This document shows positions 10,196 through 19,794 of a DNA stretch of 64,000 nucleotides, piece by piece. The notes below the pieces were generated by a model. It had not been told where the DNA came from. It made no database searches and saw only the letters and a list, made by a program, of their open reading frames with translations. The stretch covers positions 256,001 to 320,000 of the forward strand of contig CAXNJO010000003.1 of assembly GCA_964202905.1 (NCBI GenBank). Reading direction: 5' to 3'. The DNA is from Polyangiales bacterium. GTDB taxonomy: Bacteria > Myxococcota_A > Polyangia > Polyangiales > JADJQN01. Each line of letters opens with the position of its first letter. The stretch's first letter is position 1. A program made the translations under genes and the position numbers.

Positions 10196-11752
10196 CTACG
10201 ACAGCGCGCGCTCGCGCATGCGCCACACGAGCCGCGTCGCCATCGCCATGATGCCGATCTGCGGGTTCACGCCGAGGCTCGTCGGCACCACGCTGCCGTC
10301 CGCGACGTAGAGCTCGCGCGTGCCCCAGACGCGCCCCTCCGGATCGACCACGCCGCTCTCCGGTGTCGCGCTCATGCGGCAGCTCCCGAGCGGATGCTGC
10401 GACGAGCACTCGATCTGCGAGGCCCGGATCCGCCCGAGATCGAGGCGCTTCAGGCCGTCCGCATCGACCGGCTCCAGCCCGAGGACCGGCAGGTAGCACT
10501 CGCGCGCCCCCGCCTCGAAGAACGCCTCCGCCATGCGGCGCATGAGCACGGGGATCGCGGCGCGGTCCTCGCGCGCCATGCGGTACGTGAGGATCGGCTC
10601 GCGCCCCGGGCCGCGCCAGAGGCGGCCGCCGCCCTCGTCGTGGATGAGCCCGCCGAACATCGCGAGATGCGGCAGGTTCCGCGCGCGTTCGACGTGTCGT
10701 TTCGCGGCGCCGGGCATCGTCGCCGCCATCACGCCCTGCGGGATGAAGAGCCCGGTGAGCGTGACGCGCTCGGCGTGGAAGGCGTCCGAGAACGAGGCCT
10801 GCATCGCGCCCTTCCAGCCGCGCACCGGCTCGTCGAAGCGCGCGATCATGCGGAAGGCCGGGTGCAGCGTGAGGTGCCGGCCGAGGTGCCCGCTGCGCCG
10901 CCCGACGCCGCTCCGCGCGAGCAGCACGGGCGAGTGCATGCCGCCGCAGGCGACGACCACGCGGCGCGCGCGGACGCGCAATCGCAACCGCCGCTTCGCG
11001 CGCGGGTTGTCGAGGATGAAGCCCTCGACGCCCACCGCGCGATCGCCCTCGAAGCGGATCCGTTCGACGAGCGCGTCCGCGTAGAGCTCGGCGCCCGCCG
11101 CGAGCGCGCGCGGCAGGTGGCTCTGATCGACGCTCTTCTTCGCGCCGTGCGGGCAGCCGAAGTTGCAGCGCCCCTCGCCCTCGCAGCCGTGCGTGTTGCG
11201 GCGCATCGGGTGCGTGGCGTGCCCGCCGCGCGCCATGCCCTCCGCGAAGAGCACGGCCCCGCGGGAGCGCGCCTCGGGCGGCACCGACTCGACCTGCATC
11301 GCGCGCTCGACGGCGTCGTAGCAGGGCTCCATCGCGGCGCGGCCGAGGTCGGAGGGCAAGCCGCGCTCGCGCAGCCACACGTCGTGCACGGACTCCGGCA
11401 CGCGGAAGCACACACCGCCCGTCAGCGTCGAGGAGCCGCCGACGACGCGGCCCGCGGTGACGTTGATCGCGGGCGTGTCGCCGAGGGGCCACGCGATGGT
11501 CATCGCCGCGTCGCGCCAGACGTGCCGGATCGACTCGCTCGGCCGCATCGCGCCGTGCTCGGCGGCCGTCACGTGCGGGCCCTCCTCGAGCACGATGACG
11601 TGCTGCCCGGCGAGCGCGAGCTCCGTCGCGACGACCGCGCCGCCCGCGCCGGAGCCGACGACCACCACGTCGCACTGCAGGTCGAGGTCGCGCGTGTGCG
11701 ACGCGCCGCGGTGGATCGCGCCCGCGGCCCGCGCCGAGCCCGCCCCGCTCAA
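10196..11752 (-). CDS. GMC-family FAD oxidoreductase
   Basis: DVVVVGSGAGG, GRVVGGSSTL, CNFGC, GRHLTLHP, HPLGSCRM, LYVADGSVVPTSLGVNPQ; TTG start overlaps upstream TGA. Confidence 0.9.
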   Translation of the reverse strand: MSGAGSARAAGAIHRGASHTRDLDLQCDVVVVGSGAGGAVVATELALAGQHVIVLEEGPHVTAAEHGAMRPSESIRHVWRDAAMTIAWPLGDTPAINVTAGRVVGGSSTLTGGVCFRVPESVHDVWLRERGLPSDLGRAAMEPCYDAVERAMQVESVPPEARSRGAVLFAEGMARGGHATHPMRRNTHGCEGEGRCNFGCPHGAKKSVDQSHLPRALAAGAELYADALVERIRFEGDRAVGVEGFILDNPRAKRRLRLRVRARRVVVACGGMHSPVLLARSGVGRRSGHLGRHLTLHPAFRMIARFDEPVRGWKGAMQASFSDAFHAERVTLTGLFIPQGVMAATMPGAAKRHVERARNLPHLAMFGGLIHDEGGGRLWRGPGREPILTYRMAREDRAAIPVLMRRMAEAFFEAGARECYLPVLGLEPVDADGLKRLDLGRIRASQIECSSQHPLGSCRMSATPESGVVDPEGRVWGTRELYVADGSVVPTSLGVNPQIGIMAMATRLVWRMRERALS

Positions 11753-12246
11753 CGCCGCCCCCGCACGAGCGACGACGCCGGCCGCGCGACGCCCGCCGGA
11801 TGCCCGTCGAAACCGAGCTCGCGCGCGGCGTCCGGGTGCTCGTAGTACATGAGGCAGAGCAGCGCCTTGGCGCCGAAGAACGCGAAGCCGAGCGGGCTCC
11901 GCTCGAGGCGCTCGAGCACCGCGATGCGCCCCGCGACGGAGAGGCGCGTCAGCGGCGGCAGCGAGAGCGCCCAGAGCGGCCCGACCCACACGACGACGAA
12001 CACGCAGAGCCGGAACATCGCGCGCGCGCGCCCCGTCGCGCGGCCGAGGAAGTCCCGCACGTCGCCCTCGAGCCAGGCGACACGCTCTGCGGGCGGCGGC
12101 GCGATGCCATCATGGAAGAGGGCTTCCGCGATGCGCCCGCAGGCGCGCACGACGCCCTCCGGGACGCGGCTCGGTTCCCCGGCGAGGCCGGGCGCCGTGG
12201 ATGGGCTCACGGGCGCGAGGTTGTCACGCGCCGGGCCTCCGATCAT
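11749..12246 (-). CDS. GMC partner protein (gluconate 2-dehydrogenase subunit 3-like)
   Basis: Coupled to both neighbours by overlapping start/stop codons; KALLCLMYYEHP..LGF C-terminal pattern. Confidence 0.65.
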   Translation of the reverse strand: MIGGPARDNLAPVSPSTAPGLAGEPSRVPEGVVRACGRIAEALFHDGIAPPPAERVAWLEGDVRDFLGRATGRARAMFRLCVFVVVWVGPLWALSLPPLTRLSVAGRIAVLERLERSPLGFAFFGAKALLCLMYYEHPDAARELGFDGHPAGVARPASSLVRGRR

Positions 12247-13376
12247 GCGCGTCGACCACCGAGGCGCGGCAGCATCCCCGCGAGCGTCGGCACGAGCGCG
12301 GCGCCGAGCACGCGGCAGCGCTCGGGCGACCAGCCGCCCGCGGCGTCGGGCGCGTTGGCGTTGTCGATGAAGGGCATCTCGAGCGTGAACGAGAGCGCGT
12401 CGAAGAGGTCCGCCGCCCAGTTCGCGGCGATGCGCAGGTTGGCCTTGCCCGGCGCGTCCTTCGGGTAGCCGTGCACCGTCTGCATGTCCGGGCTCGCCCC
12501 ACCGAGCCCGGCGACGAACGCGGCCTCGAGGACGGCGGCGTGCGGCGTGCGCATCGGCACGCCATCCGTGCCCTGCACGAACACGTAGGGGATCAGTTCG
12601 TCGCCGTGCACGTCGAGGAAGAACGCGCAGCCGCGGGCCTGCATCGCGGCGCGCACCGCGGCGACCTCCGGCGCGCGCGCGTCGGGCGCAAGCCACTGCC
12701 GGTTCATGTCGAGGCCCGCCAGGTTGGTGCGGTGCGCGCCGATCGCGACGCCGTCCGGGTTGATCCGCGGCACGAGCGCGATCGCGGCGCCCGCGAGGAG
12801 CGCGCGCGCGTCCGGCCCGTCGGCGAGCAGCGCGTCGACGAACCCTTCCACCCAGAAGCCCGCCATGTGCTCACCCGGGTGCTGCTGCGCGACGATCCAG
12901 CAGACCGGCGCCCCCGCGCGCTCGGTCCCGAACTCGAGGAGCGAGACGTCCCGCCCGCCCGGCGTGCGGACGAGCGCGCGCGTCCGGGCGCCCGCGGCCG
13001 CGGCCCGCGTGACCACCGCGTCGATGCGCGCGTTCGCGCAGGGCGGGTAGTAGGCGTAGAGGGCGCGCGGTCCACGGGGCGTGTCGGTGAAGCGGAGCAC
13101 GCCCTCGGCGTACGTGGTCGGGACGCGGAACCACGCCTCGCCGTCGTGCGACGCGCAGACGCGGTAATCCACGAAGGCGCGCGGCCAGGTGCAGCGCGCC
13201 GCGTTCTCGATGGCCATCGCGAGCGGCTCGCCGTCCGCGTCCTCGACGGCGAAGGCGAACCACTGCCGGAAGCGCGGGTGCCCCGGATCGGCCGGGATCG
13301 CGAGGCGGATCGCGTCGGCGCTCTCCGCGGCGAGGACCTCGATGCGGGCCCCCTCGAAATCGGTCGCGATGCGCAT
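12243..13376 (-). CDS. M14-family cytosolic carboxypeptidase (CCP/Nna1-like)
   Basis: TDFEGARI, QWFAF, AYYPP, QHPGE, NPDGV..G..RTN..GLDMNRQW, LDVHGDE, FTLEMPF. Confidence 0.9.
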   Translation of the reverse strand: MRIATDFEGARIEVLAAESADAIRLAIPADPGHPRFRQWFAFAVEDADGEPLAMAIENAARCTWPRAFVDYRVCASHDGEAWFRVPTTYAEGVLRFTDTPRGPRALYAYYPPCANARIDAVVTRAAAAGARTRALVRTPGGRDVSLLEFGTERAGAPVCWIVAQQHPGEHMAGFWVEGFVDALLADGPDARALLAGAAIALVPRINPDGVAIGAHRTNLAGLDMNRQWLAPDARAPEVAAVRAAMQARGCAFFLDVHGDELIPYVFVQGTDGVPMRTPHAAVLEAAFVAGLGGASPDMQTVHGYPKDAPGKANLRIAANWAADLFDALSFTLEMPFIDNANAPDAAGGWSPERCRVLGAALVPTLAGMLPRLGGRRA

Positions 13377-13438
13377 CGGCCCGTGAAGTTCCACGAAGAA
13401 TGCGCCGGACGCAAACGCCTTCCGCTATCCTCGCGCGC

Positions 13439-14650
13439 ATGAGTGAGCGTCACACCATCCTCTGCCTCGCGAGCTACGAGAAGGGCCACGACTTCCTCCG
13501 CCAGTGCAAAGCGCAGGGTTGGCGCGTCCTCCTGCTCGCCTCCCTCAGCCTGAAGGACGTCGCGAAGTGGCCGAGCGAGGCCGTCGACGAGGTCTTCTGG
13601 ATGCGCGACGTCGAGAAGAAATGGGACCCGCAGGAGACGCTCCGCGCCGTCAGCTACCTCGCGCGCTCGCACCAGATCGATCGCATCGTGCCGCTCGACG
13701 ACTTCGACCTCGAGATCGCCGCGCTGCTCCGCGAGCACCTGCGCGTGCCGGGCATGGGCGAGACGACGACGCGCTACTTCCGCGACAAGCTCGCGATGCG
13801 CGTCCGCGCCCAGAGCGCGGGGCTGCGCGTGCCGGAGTTCGTCGGCGTGATCAACGACGCGCAGATTCGCGCGTTCACCGCGCGCATCCCCGCGCCGTGG
13901 ATGCTCAAGCCGCGCTTCATGGCGGGCTCGATCGGCATCCGCAAGATCGAGAACGAGAAGGAGCTCTGGCAGCGCATCGACGAGCTCGGCGACGAGCGCT
14001 CGCTCTACGTGCTCGAGCGCTACCTGCCCGGCGACGTCTTCCACGTCGATGCGCTCGTCTTCGAGAACCACGTCCGCTTCGCGATCGCGAGCGCCTACGG
14101 CAAGCCGCCGTTCGACGCCTCGCACGGCGGCGACGTCTTCACCACGCGCGTGATGCCGCGCACCGACCCGCTCGCGGTGCGCCTCTCCGCCGACTGCGCG
14201 AAGGTGCTCGGCGCGATGCGCCTCGTGCGCGGCGCCTCGCACACCGAGTTCATCCGCGCGCACGCGGACGGGCAGCTCTACTTCCTCGAGACGGCCGCGC
14301 GCGTCGGCGGCGCGCACATCGCGGACATGCTCGAGGCCGCGACCGGCCTGAACATGTGGCGCGAGTGGGCGAAGATCGAGCTCGCCGGCGAGGACGGCTC
14401 GTACGACGTCCGCGCATCGCGCGAGGAGTACGCCGGCCTGCTCGTCGCGCTCGCCCGCGAGGAGCGCCCGGACACGCGCACCTTCGCCGAGCCGGAGGTC
14501 GTCTGGCGCATGGACAAGAAGTTCCACATCGGGCTCGTCGTGCGCTCGCTGAACGCGGCGCGCGTCGAGACGCTCGTCGGCGAGTACCGCGAGCGCATCC
14601 GCCGCGACGTGCTCGCCTTCGTGCCGCCGCCCGCGCGCCCGGGCGACTGA
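13439..14650 (+). CDS. ATP-grasp domain protein
   Basis: FRDKLAMR, WMLKPR..AGSIGI, VLERYLPG, HTEFI, FLETAARVGG. Confidence 0.88.
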   Translation: MSERHTILCLASYEKGHDFLRQCKAQGWRVLLLASLSLKDVAKWPSEAVDEVFWMRDVEKKWDPQETLRAVSYLARSHQIDRIVPLDDFDLEIAALLREHLRVPGMGETTTRYFRDKLAMRVRAQSAGLRVPEFVGVINDAQIRAFTARIPAPWMLKPRFMAGSIGIRKIENEKELWQRIDELGDERSLYVLERYLPGDVFHVDALVFENHVRFAIASAYGKPPFDASHGGDVFTTRVMPRTDPLAVRLSADCAKVLGAMRLVRGASHTEFIRAHADGQLYFLETAARVGGAHIADMLEAATGLNMWREWAKIELAGEDGSYDVRASREEYAGLLVALAREERPDTRTFAEPEVVWRMDKKFHIGLVVRSLNAARVETLVGEYRERIRRDVLAFVPPPARPGD

Positions 14651-14792
14651 TCCCGCGGCGCGATCCGCGCGAGCCATCCGAGGCCCGCGCGGATTTCGTA
14701 TCTGCGACGCAGGATTTCATCCGCGCGATGCGCGCGGCCCGGCGCGAGCGACTCGGCCATCCGAACACCGAGGTTTCCCGCCTCTTCATGCA

Positions 14793-14808
14793 TGGCACGG
14801 TTACTGCA
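14793..14808 (+). promoter_or_regulatory. Sigma-54 (-24/-12) promoter
   Basis: TGGCACGGTTACTGCA with exact GG-N10-GC spacing; intergenic, no sense CDS downstream. Confidence 0.75.
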
Positions 14809-14818
14809 TCAGGTTTGA

Positions 14819-14935
14819 TGGCAGACGGCAGAGCGCGCGCCCCTCCCCCCAACGCGTGCCGGCCGTCGCCCTCTGTGGTGGCTCGAGCGACCTCCCATCC
14901 CCCCCCTTGGGGAGGTCGCTCGGGCTGCCCTCTTC
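14819..14935 (+). ncRNA. Candidate sRNA with two C-rich-loop hairpins
   Basis: Starts about 12 nt after the -12 box; stems 14824-14867 and 14877-14929 include G-U pairs that form only on the + strand; loops CCCCUCCCCCCAA and UCCCCCCCCU. Confidence 0.6.
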
Positions 14936-14949
14936 GGTGTCTCCTGCGC

Positions 14950-15336
14950 TCAGCGGACGGCGAGCGCGGCGACCACCAGCGCGGCCCAGCCCACGAGCAG
15001 CAGCACGCCCCCGATCGGCGTGATCGCGCCGAGCCAGCGCGCACCGCTCACCGCGAGCGCGTAGAGCGAGCCCGAGAACACGAGCACCCCGACCGCGAAG
15101 GCGAACCCCGCGACGGTCGCGGCCGCGTGCTGCGTCCGACCCGCGAGCAGCGCGGCGAGCCCGATCGCGAGCGCATGCGCGAGGTGGTACTGCGTCGCCG
15201 TCTGCCACCACTCGACGCGCTTCGCCGCGTCTGCCGCGCGCTCGAACACGTGCCGCAGCCCGTGCGCGCCGAACGCCCCGAGCGCGACCCCGAAAAAGCC
15301 GTAGACCCCCGCGACGACGAGCAGCGTTCGCTCCAT
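14950..15336 (-). CDS. DUF423 (YgdD/TMEM256) membrane protein
   Basis: VALGAFGAHGL, WQTATQYHLAH, FSGSLY, LGAITPIGG. Confidence 0.92.
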   Translation of the reverse strand: MERTLLVVAGVYGFFGVALGAFGAHGLRHVFERAADAAKRVEWWQTATQYHLAHALAIGLAALLAGRTQHAAATVAGFAFAVGVLVFSGSLYALAVSGARWLGAITPIGGVLLLVGWAALVVAALAVR

Positions 15337-15421
15337 GGCGCGGCAGCGTAGCGGCGCATGCCGCACGCGCACCCCGCGCGGCACGCGTTCCACGACATCG
15401 TGCCTCGTGTACCCTCGGGCC

Positions 15422-17410
15422 ATGCGCACCACCGTCCGGTCTGCCGTGCTGCTCGCGTGTCTGCTCTTCACCGCCTGCGGAGGCAGCGACACGCCCCCCG
15501 ATCGCCCCTCGCGTCCCGACGGCGGCACGGTCGCCCGTGACGAAGACGGCGACGGCATCACCGACGCGGACGAGGGACGCGCCGAGGGGCGCGACAGCGA
15601 CGGCGACGGCACGCCGGACTACCTCGACAACGACTCCGACGACGACGGGCTCCCCGATTCGCTCGAGGCGGGCGACGACCTCGCATCGACGCCGCCCATC
15701 GACACCGACGCCGACGGCGCGCCGGACTTCATCGACACGGACACGGACGGCAACGGCGTCCTCGACGCGGTCGAGGGCGACGGCGACCTCGACGGCGACG
15801 GCCTCGCGGACTACCGCGACTTCGACGACGACGGCGACCTGATCCGCGACGGGATGGAGCTCGGCGACGCGCCCGAGTCGACCGACAGCGACGGCGACGG
15901 CGTCCCGAACTGGCGCGATCCGGACAGCGACGGCGACACCATCCTCGATGGTCATGAGTTCGGCTTCGACACCGACGGGGACGCCCTCCCGGATCAGCGC
16001 GACCTCGACTCGGACGGCGACGGAATCCCCGACGCCGCCGAGGCGGGCGACGCCGACATCGCGACCCTGCCCGTCGACACCGACATGGACGGAACGCCCG
16101 ACTTCCGCGACACCGACGCCGACGACGACGGCCTCTCCGACGCCGACGAGGCCCTCGCGGGAACCTCGCCGACCACGGGCGACACGGACGGCGACGGCGT
16201 CTCGGATCTGATCGAGGTCGCCGCCTCCACCGACCCGCGCGACGCCGCCGACAGCCCGCGCGCGCGGGGCAATTTCGTGTTCGTCGTCCCCTACATGCAG
16301 CCGCCCGCGCCCCCGCGCGACACGCTCGGCTTCCGCACGAACATCCAGTTCGCGGACATCTACTTCCTCTTCGACATCTCCGGGTCGATGTCCGGCGAGA
16401 TCGGCGCGCTGCGTGGCGCCGTGTCCACGCTCGTCGACGACTTCACCTGCATGGACAGCGGCATCGCGTGCACGTCCGACGCCGAGTGCGCGAGCCCGCT
16501 CGTGTGCAGCCGCCTGAGCGGCACGTGCATCGAGAATCCCGCGACGAGCGCGTGCCTGCTGAGCACGTACAGCGGCGCGGGCTACTACGAGGCCAGCTAC
16601 CGCAACCTCCTCTCGCTGCAGCCGAGCCCGGCCGCGACGTCGGCGGCCCTCGCCGTCGCGACGTTCGGTGGCACGGAGAGCCTCTACCGCGCGCTCTGGG
16701 GCGTCGCGGATCCGCGCGGCGCGCCCGGCTCGCCGGCGGACTGCGCGGCCCCGATGCCGGGCTTCGTCGGCTGCCCGGCGTTCCGCGACGAAGCCGTGAA
16801 GATCGTCGTCGCCTTCACCGACGAGGACAGCGACGGAGCCGAGACCTCGCTCTCGGCTTCGACCGCGCTGCGCGCCGCGGAGATCAAAGTCATCGGCGTC
16901 TGGAGCGGCGCGACGACGAGCACGGCGCGCACGGACCTCGTCGACGTCGTGCGCGACTCGGGCTCGCTCGACCCGGCCGGCATGCCCCTCGTCTACAACG
17001 GCGCAGACGCGTCGGTCGTGCCCGCGGTCGCAGGCGCGATCCGCACGATCGTCGAGGGCGTGCCCATCCGCGTCACGATCGAGGCGACGGATCAGCCCGA
17101 CGACGCGGGCGACGCGCTGCCCTTCATCGAGCGCCTCGAGGTCAACGTGAGCGGCGGCGACTGCACCGCCGTCGCCGAGCTCGAGGACACGAACGGCGAC
17201 GGCTTCAACGACGCCTTCCCGTCGCTGCGCCCCGGCACGCCCGTCTGCTGGGACGTCGTCGCGCGGGAGAACGCCACCGTGATGCCGACCCGCAGCCCGC
17301 AGATCTTCAAGGCGCTGCTCACCGTCCGCGGCAACGGCTCGCCGCTCGACACGCGCGACGTGTACTTCCTCGTCCCGCCCACCATCCCGATGCCCGGCGG
17401 TCCCGGCTGA
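15422..17410 (+). CDS. Lipoprotein with thrombospondin type-3 Ca-binding repeats and a vWA domain (CglD-like)
   Basis: Lipobox LFTAC; many DxDxDGxxD repeats; MIDAS motif FLFDISGSM and AFTDE. Confidence 0.8.
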   Translation: MRTTVRSAVLLACLLFTACGGSDTPPDRPSRPDGGTVARDEDGDGITDADEGRAEGRDSDGDGTPDYLDNDSDDDGLPDSLEAGDDLASTPPIDTDADGAPDFIDTDTDGNGVLDAVEGDGDLDGDGLADYRDFDDDGDLIRDGMELGDAPESTDSDGDGVPNWRDPDSDGDTILDGHEFGFDTDGDALPDQRDLDSDGDGIPDAAEAGDADIATLPVDTDMDGTPDFRDTDADDDGLSDADEALAGTSPTTGDTDGDGVSDLIEVAASTDPRDAADSPRARGNFVFVVPYMQPPAPPRDTLGFRTNIQFADIYFLFDISGSMSGEIGALRGAVSTLVDDFTCMDSGIACTSDAECASPLVCSRLSGTCIENPATSACLLSTYSGAGYYEASYRNLLSLQPSPAATSAALAVATFGGTESLYRALWGVADPRGAPGSPADCAAPMPGFVGCPAFRDEAVKIVVAFTDEDSDGAETSLSASTALRAAEIKVIGVWSGATTSTARTDLVDVVRDSGSLDPAGMPLVYNGADASVVPAVAGAIRTIVEGVPIRVTIEATDQPDDAGDALPFIERLEVNVSGGDCTAVAELEDTNGDGFNDAFPSLRPGTPVCWDVVARENATVMPTRSPQIFKALLTVRGNGSPLDTRDVYFLVPPTIPMPGGPG

Positions 17411-17495
17411 TCGCCCACGATCCATCGCGAACGCGCATGCCATCCACGGTGATGGACATTGCCGCGCACGCTGCAGCCGTGCGACGAAGCCGCCC

Positions 17496-19763
17496 ATGCG
17501 CATCGCGTGTCGCACGCTCCCATCATTCGCGTTTCTGCTGCTCGTCGCGTGCGGCGCCGCGCCTCCTTCCGGTGCGCCGGGCCTCGCGGAATCCGTCGCG
17601 CCGCCCGGCCCCCCGCTGCTTCCCGTGAGCTCGGCCACACCCACCGATCCGCGCCGTGCGCTCGACGACGCCGCCCGAGCCGGCGCCATCACCGAGACGC
17701 TGCACGGGCTCGTCGTCGCCGATCCGTACCGCGCCCTCGAGGAAGACACCGCCGCGACGCGCGCGTGGATCGACGCGCAGAGCACGCGCACCGGGTCGGC
17801 GCTCGACGCGCTCGCCGTGCCCGCGCGCCAGGAGCGGCTCGCCGCGCTGCTCGCGATCGGCACGATCTCGCGCGTCGTCACCGCCGGCCCGCGCGTCTTC
17901 TACCTGAAGCGCGAGGCGGGCGAAGAGCAGCCCTCGCTCTGGGTCGCCGAAGACCGCGGCCGCCGCGACGCCGCCCTGCCCGCGCCAGCCCCGCGGCGCC
18001 TCCTCGACCCGACACGCCTGCCCGGCGCCGACCCGGCCGCGCGCGCCGCGCTCGACTGGTTCTATCCGTCCCCGAAGGGCCGCCTCGTCGCGCTCGGCAT
18101 CTCCACGAACGGCGACGAGCGCAGCACGCTCCACGTCCTCGACGTCGCGACGGGCGCGCTGCTCCCGGAGCGCATCGCGCGCACCAAGTGGTGCAACCTC
18201 GCGTGGCTGAACGACGAGCGCGGCTTCTACTACACGCGCTACCCCGCGCCCGGCGAGCCGGACTTCGACGCCGCGCACGAGGACACGTATTTCCCGCGCG
18301 TCTTCTTCCACGCGCTCAGCGCGGATGCCGCCGCCGACCCGCGCATCTACGGCGGCGCGCGCGGCACCGATTTCCCAAGCCCCTCCGTCTCCGACGACGA
18401 CCGCTGGCTCGTCGTCAACGACTTCCGCGGCTGGTCCGCGTCCGACGTGCACCTCGTCGATCGCCGCGCGCCCGCCGACGCCTCCGGCGCGCCCGTCGTG
18501 CGCCCCGTCGTCACGGGCCGCGACGCGCTCACGAGCGGCCGCGTGCACGGCGGCAGGCTCTACCTCCTCACCAACCTCGACGCCCCGCGCTACCGCGTCG
18601 TCGTCGCCGATCGCCCAGAAAACGCGGCCGATCCGGCGCGCTGGCGCACCGTGATCCCCGAAGGCGACGCGCCCATCGAGGGCTACGAGTTCGTCGCCGA
18701 TCGCCTCGTCGTGCAGACGATCGACGACGTGCGCGCGCGCGTCCGCGTCTACGGGCTCGACGGCCGCGAGGAGCCCGAGCTCGCGCTGCCGACGCGCGGC
18801 TCGATCGACGGGCTCGGCGCCGACCCCAGCTCCGCGCGCCTCGCCTACGCGTTCAGCTCGTACTTCCTCGCGCCGACGCTCTCCACCTGGGATGTCCGCA
18901 GCCGCACCGCGACCGTGCTCGATCGCGTCGCGAGCGACGTCGACGCGGGCGCCTTCGAGCTCACGCAGGAGCGCGTGCCCTCCGCGGATGGCACGCCCAT
19001 CAACGTCTACCTCGTGCACCGGCGCGGACTGCGCCGCGACGGCACGAACCCGGTGCTGCTCACGGGCTACGGCGGCTTCAACGTCTCGCTCTACCCGACC
19101 TTCACGCGGCACGCGCTCTACTTCCTCGAGCGCGGCGGCGTCTTCGCGGTCGCGAACCTGCGCGGCGGCGCGGAGTTCGGCGAGGCGTGGCACCGCGCCG
19201 GGAACCTGCTGAACAAGAAGCACGTCTTCGAGGACTTCGAGGCCGTGATCCGCTGGCTCGCGTCGAGCGGCGTGTCCTCGCCCGCGCGCATCGCCATCAC
19301 CGGCGGCTCGAACGGCGGGCTGCTCATGGGCGCGATGATCACGCGCTGCCCCGACGCCTTCCGCGCCGCGGCGACCTACGTCGGCCTCTACGACATGGTC
19401 CGCTACGAGCGCTTCCCGCCCGCCGAGCTCTGGACGAGCGAGTACGGCAGCGCCGCCGACCCCGAGCAGCTCCGCTACCTGCACGCCTACTCGCCGTACC
19501 ACCAGGTGCGCGCCGGCACGCCCTACCCCGCCGTGCTCGTCGAGACGGCCGACCACGACAGCCGCGTGCACTGGGCGCACTCCACGAAGTTCGCCGCCGC
19601 GCTGATGGCCGCGACGTCGAGCGAGCGCCCCGTCTGGTTCTACCGCGAGCGCGCCGTCGGCCATGGCGCCGGCACGCGCCTCAGCGATCTCGTCCGCCGC
19701 TACGCGCGCATGTACGCCTTCGTGGAACACGAGCTCGGCATGGACGCGCCTGCCACGCCCTGA
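17496..19763 (+). CDS. Prolyl oligopeptidase (S9A), lipoprotein
   Basis: Lipobox LVAC; ADPYRALE, GYGGFN, NLRGGAEFGEAWH, GGSNGGLL, HDSRV, GHGAG. Confidence 0.95.
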   Translation: MRIACRTLPSFAFLLLVACGAAPPSGAPGLAESVAPPGPPLLPVSSATPTDPRRALDDAARAGAITETLHGLVVADPYRALEEDTAATRAWIDAQSTRTGSALDALAVPARQERLAALLAIGTISRVVTAGPRVFYLKREAGEEQPSLWVAEDRGRRDAALPAPAPRRLLDPTRLPGADPAARAALDWFYPSPKGRLVALGISTNGDERSTLHVLDVATGALLPERIARTKWCNLAWLNDERGFYYTRYPAPGEPDFDAAHEDTYFPRVFFHALSADAAADPRIYGGARGTDFPSPSVSDDDRWLVVNDFRGWSASDVHLVDRRAPADASGAPVVRPVVTGRDALTSGRVHGGRLYLLTNLDAPRYRVVVADRPENAADPARWRTVIPEGDAPIEGYEFVADRLVVQTIDDVRARVRVYGLDGREEPELALPTRGSIDGLGADPSSARLAYAFSSYFLAPTLSTWDVRSRTATVLDRVASDVDAGAFELTQERVPSADGTPINVYLVHRRGLRRDGTNPVLLTGYGGFNVSLYPTFTRHALYFLERGGVFAVANLRGGAEFGEAWHRAGNLLNKKHVFEDFEAVIRWLASSGVSSPARIAITGGSNGGLLMGAMITRCPDAFRAAATYVGLYDMVRYERFPPAELWTSEYGSAADPEQLRYLHAYSPYHQVRAGTPYPAVLVETADHDSRVHWAHSTKFAAALMAATSSERPVWFYRERAVGHGAGTRLSDLVRRYARMYAFVEHELGMDAPATP

Positions 19764-19794
19764 GCGCGTACGCGCTCGGGAAATGAATGGCGAT

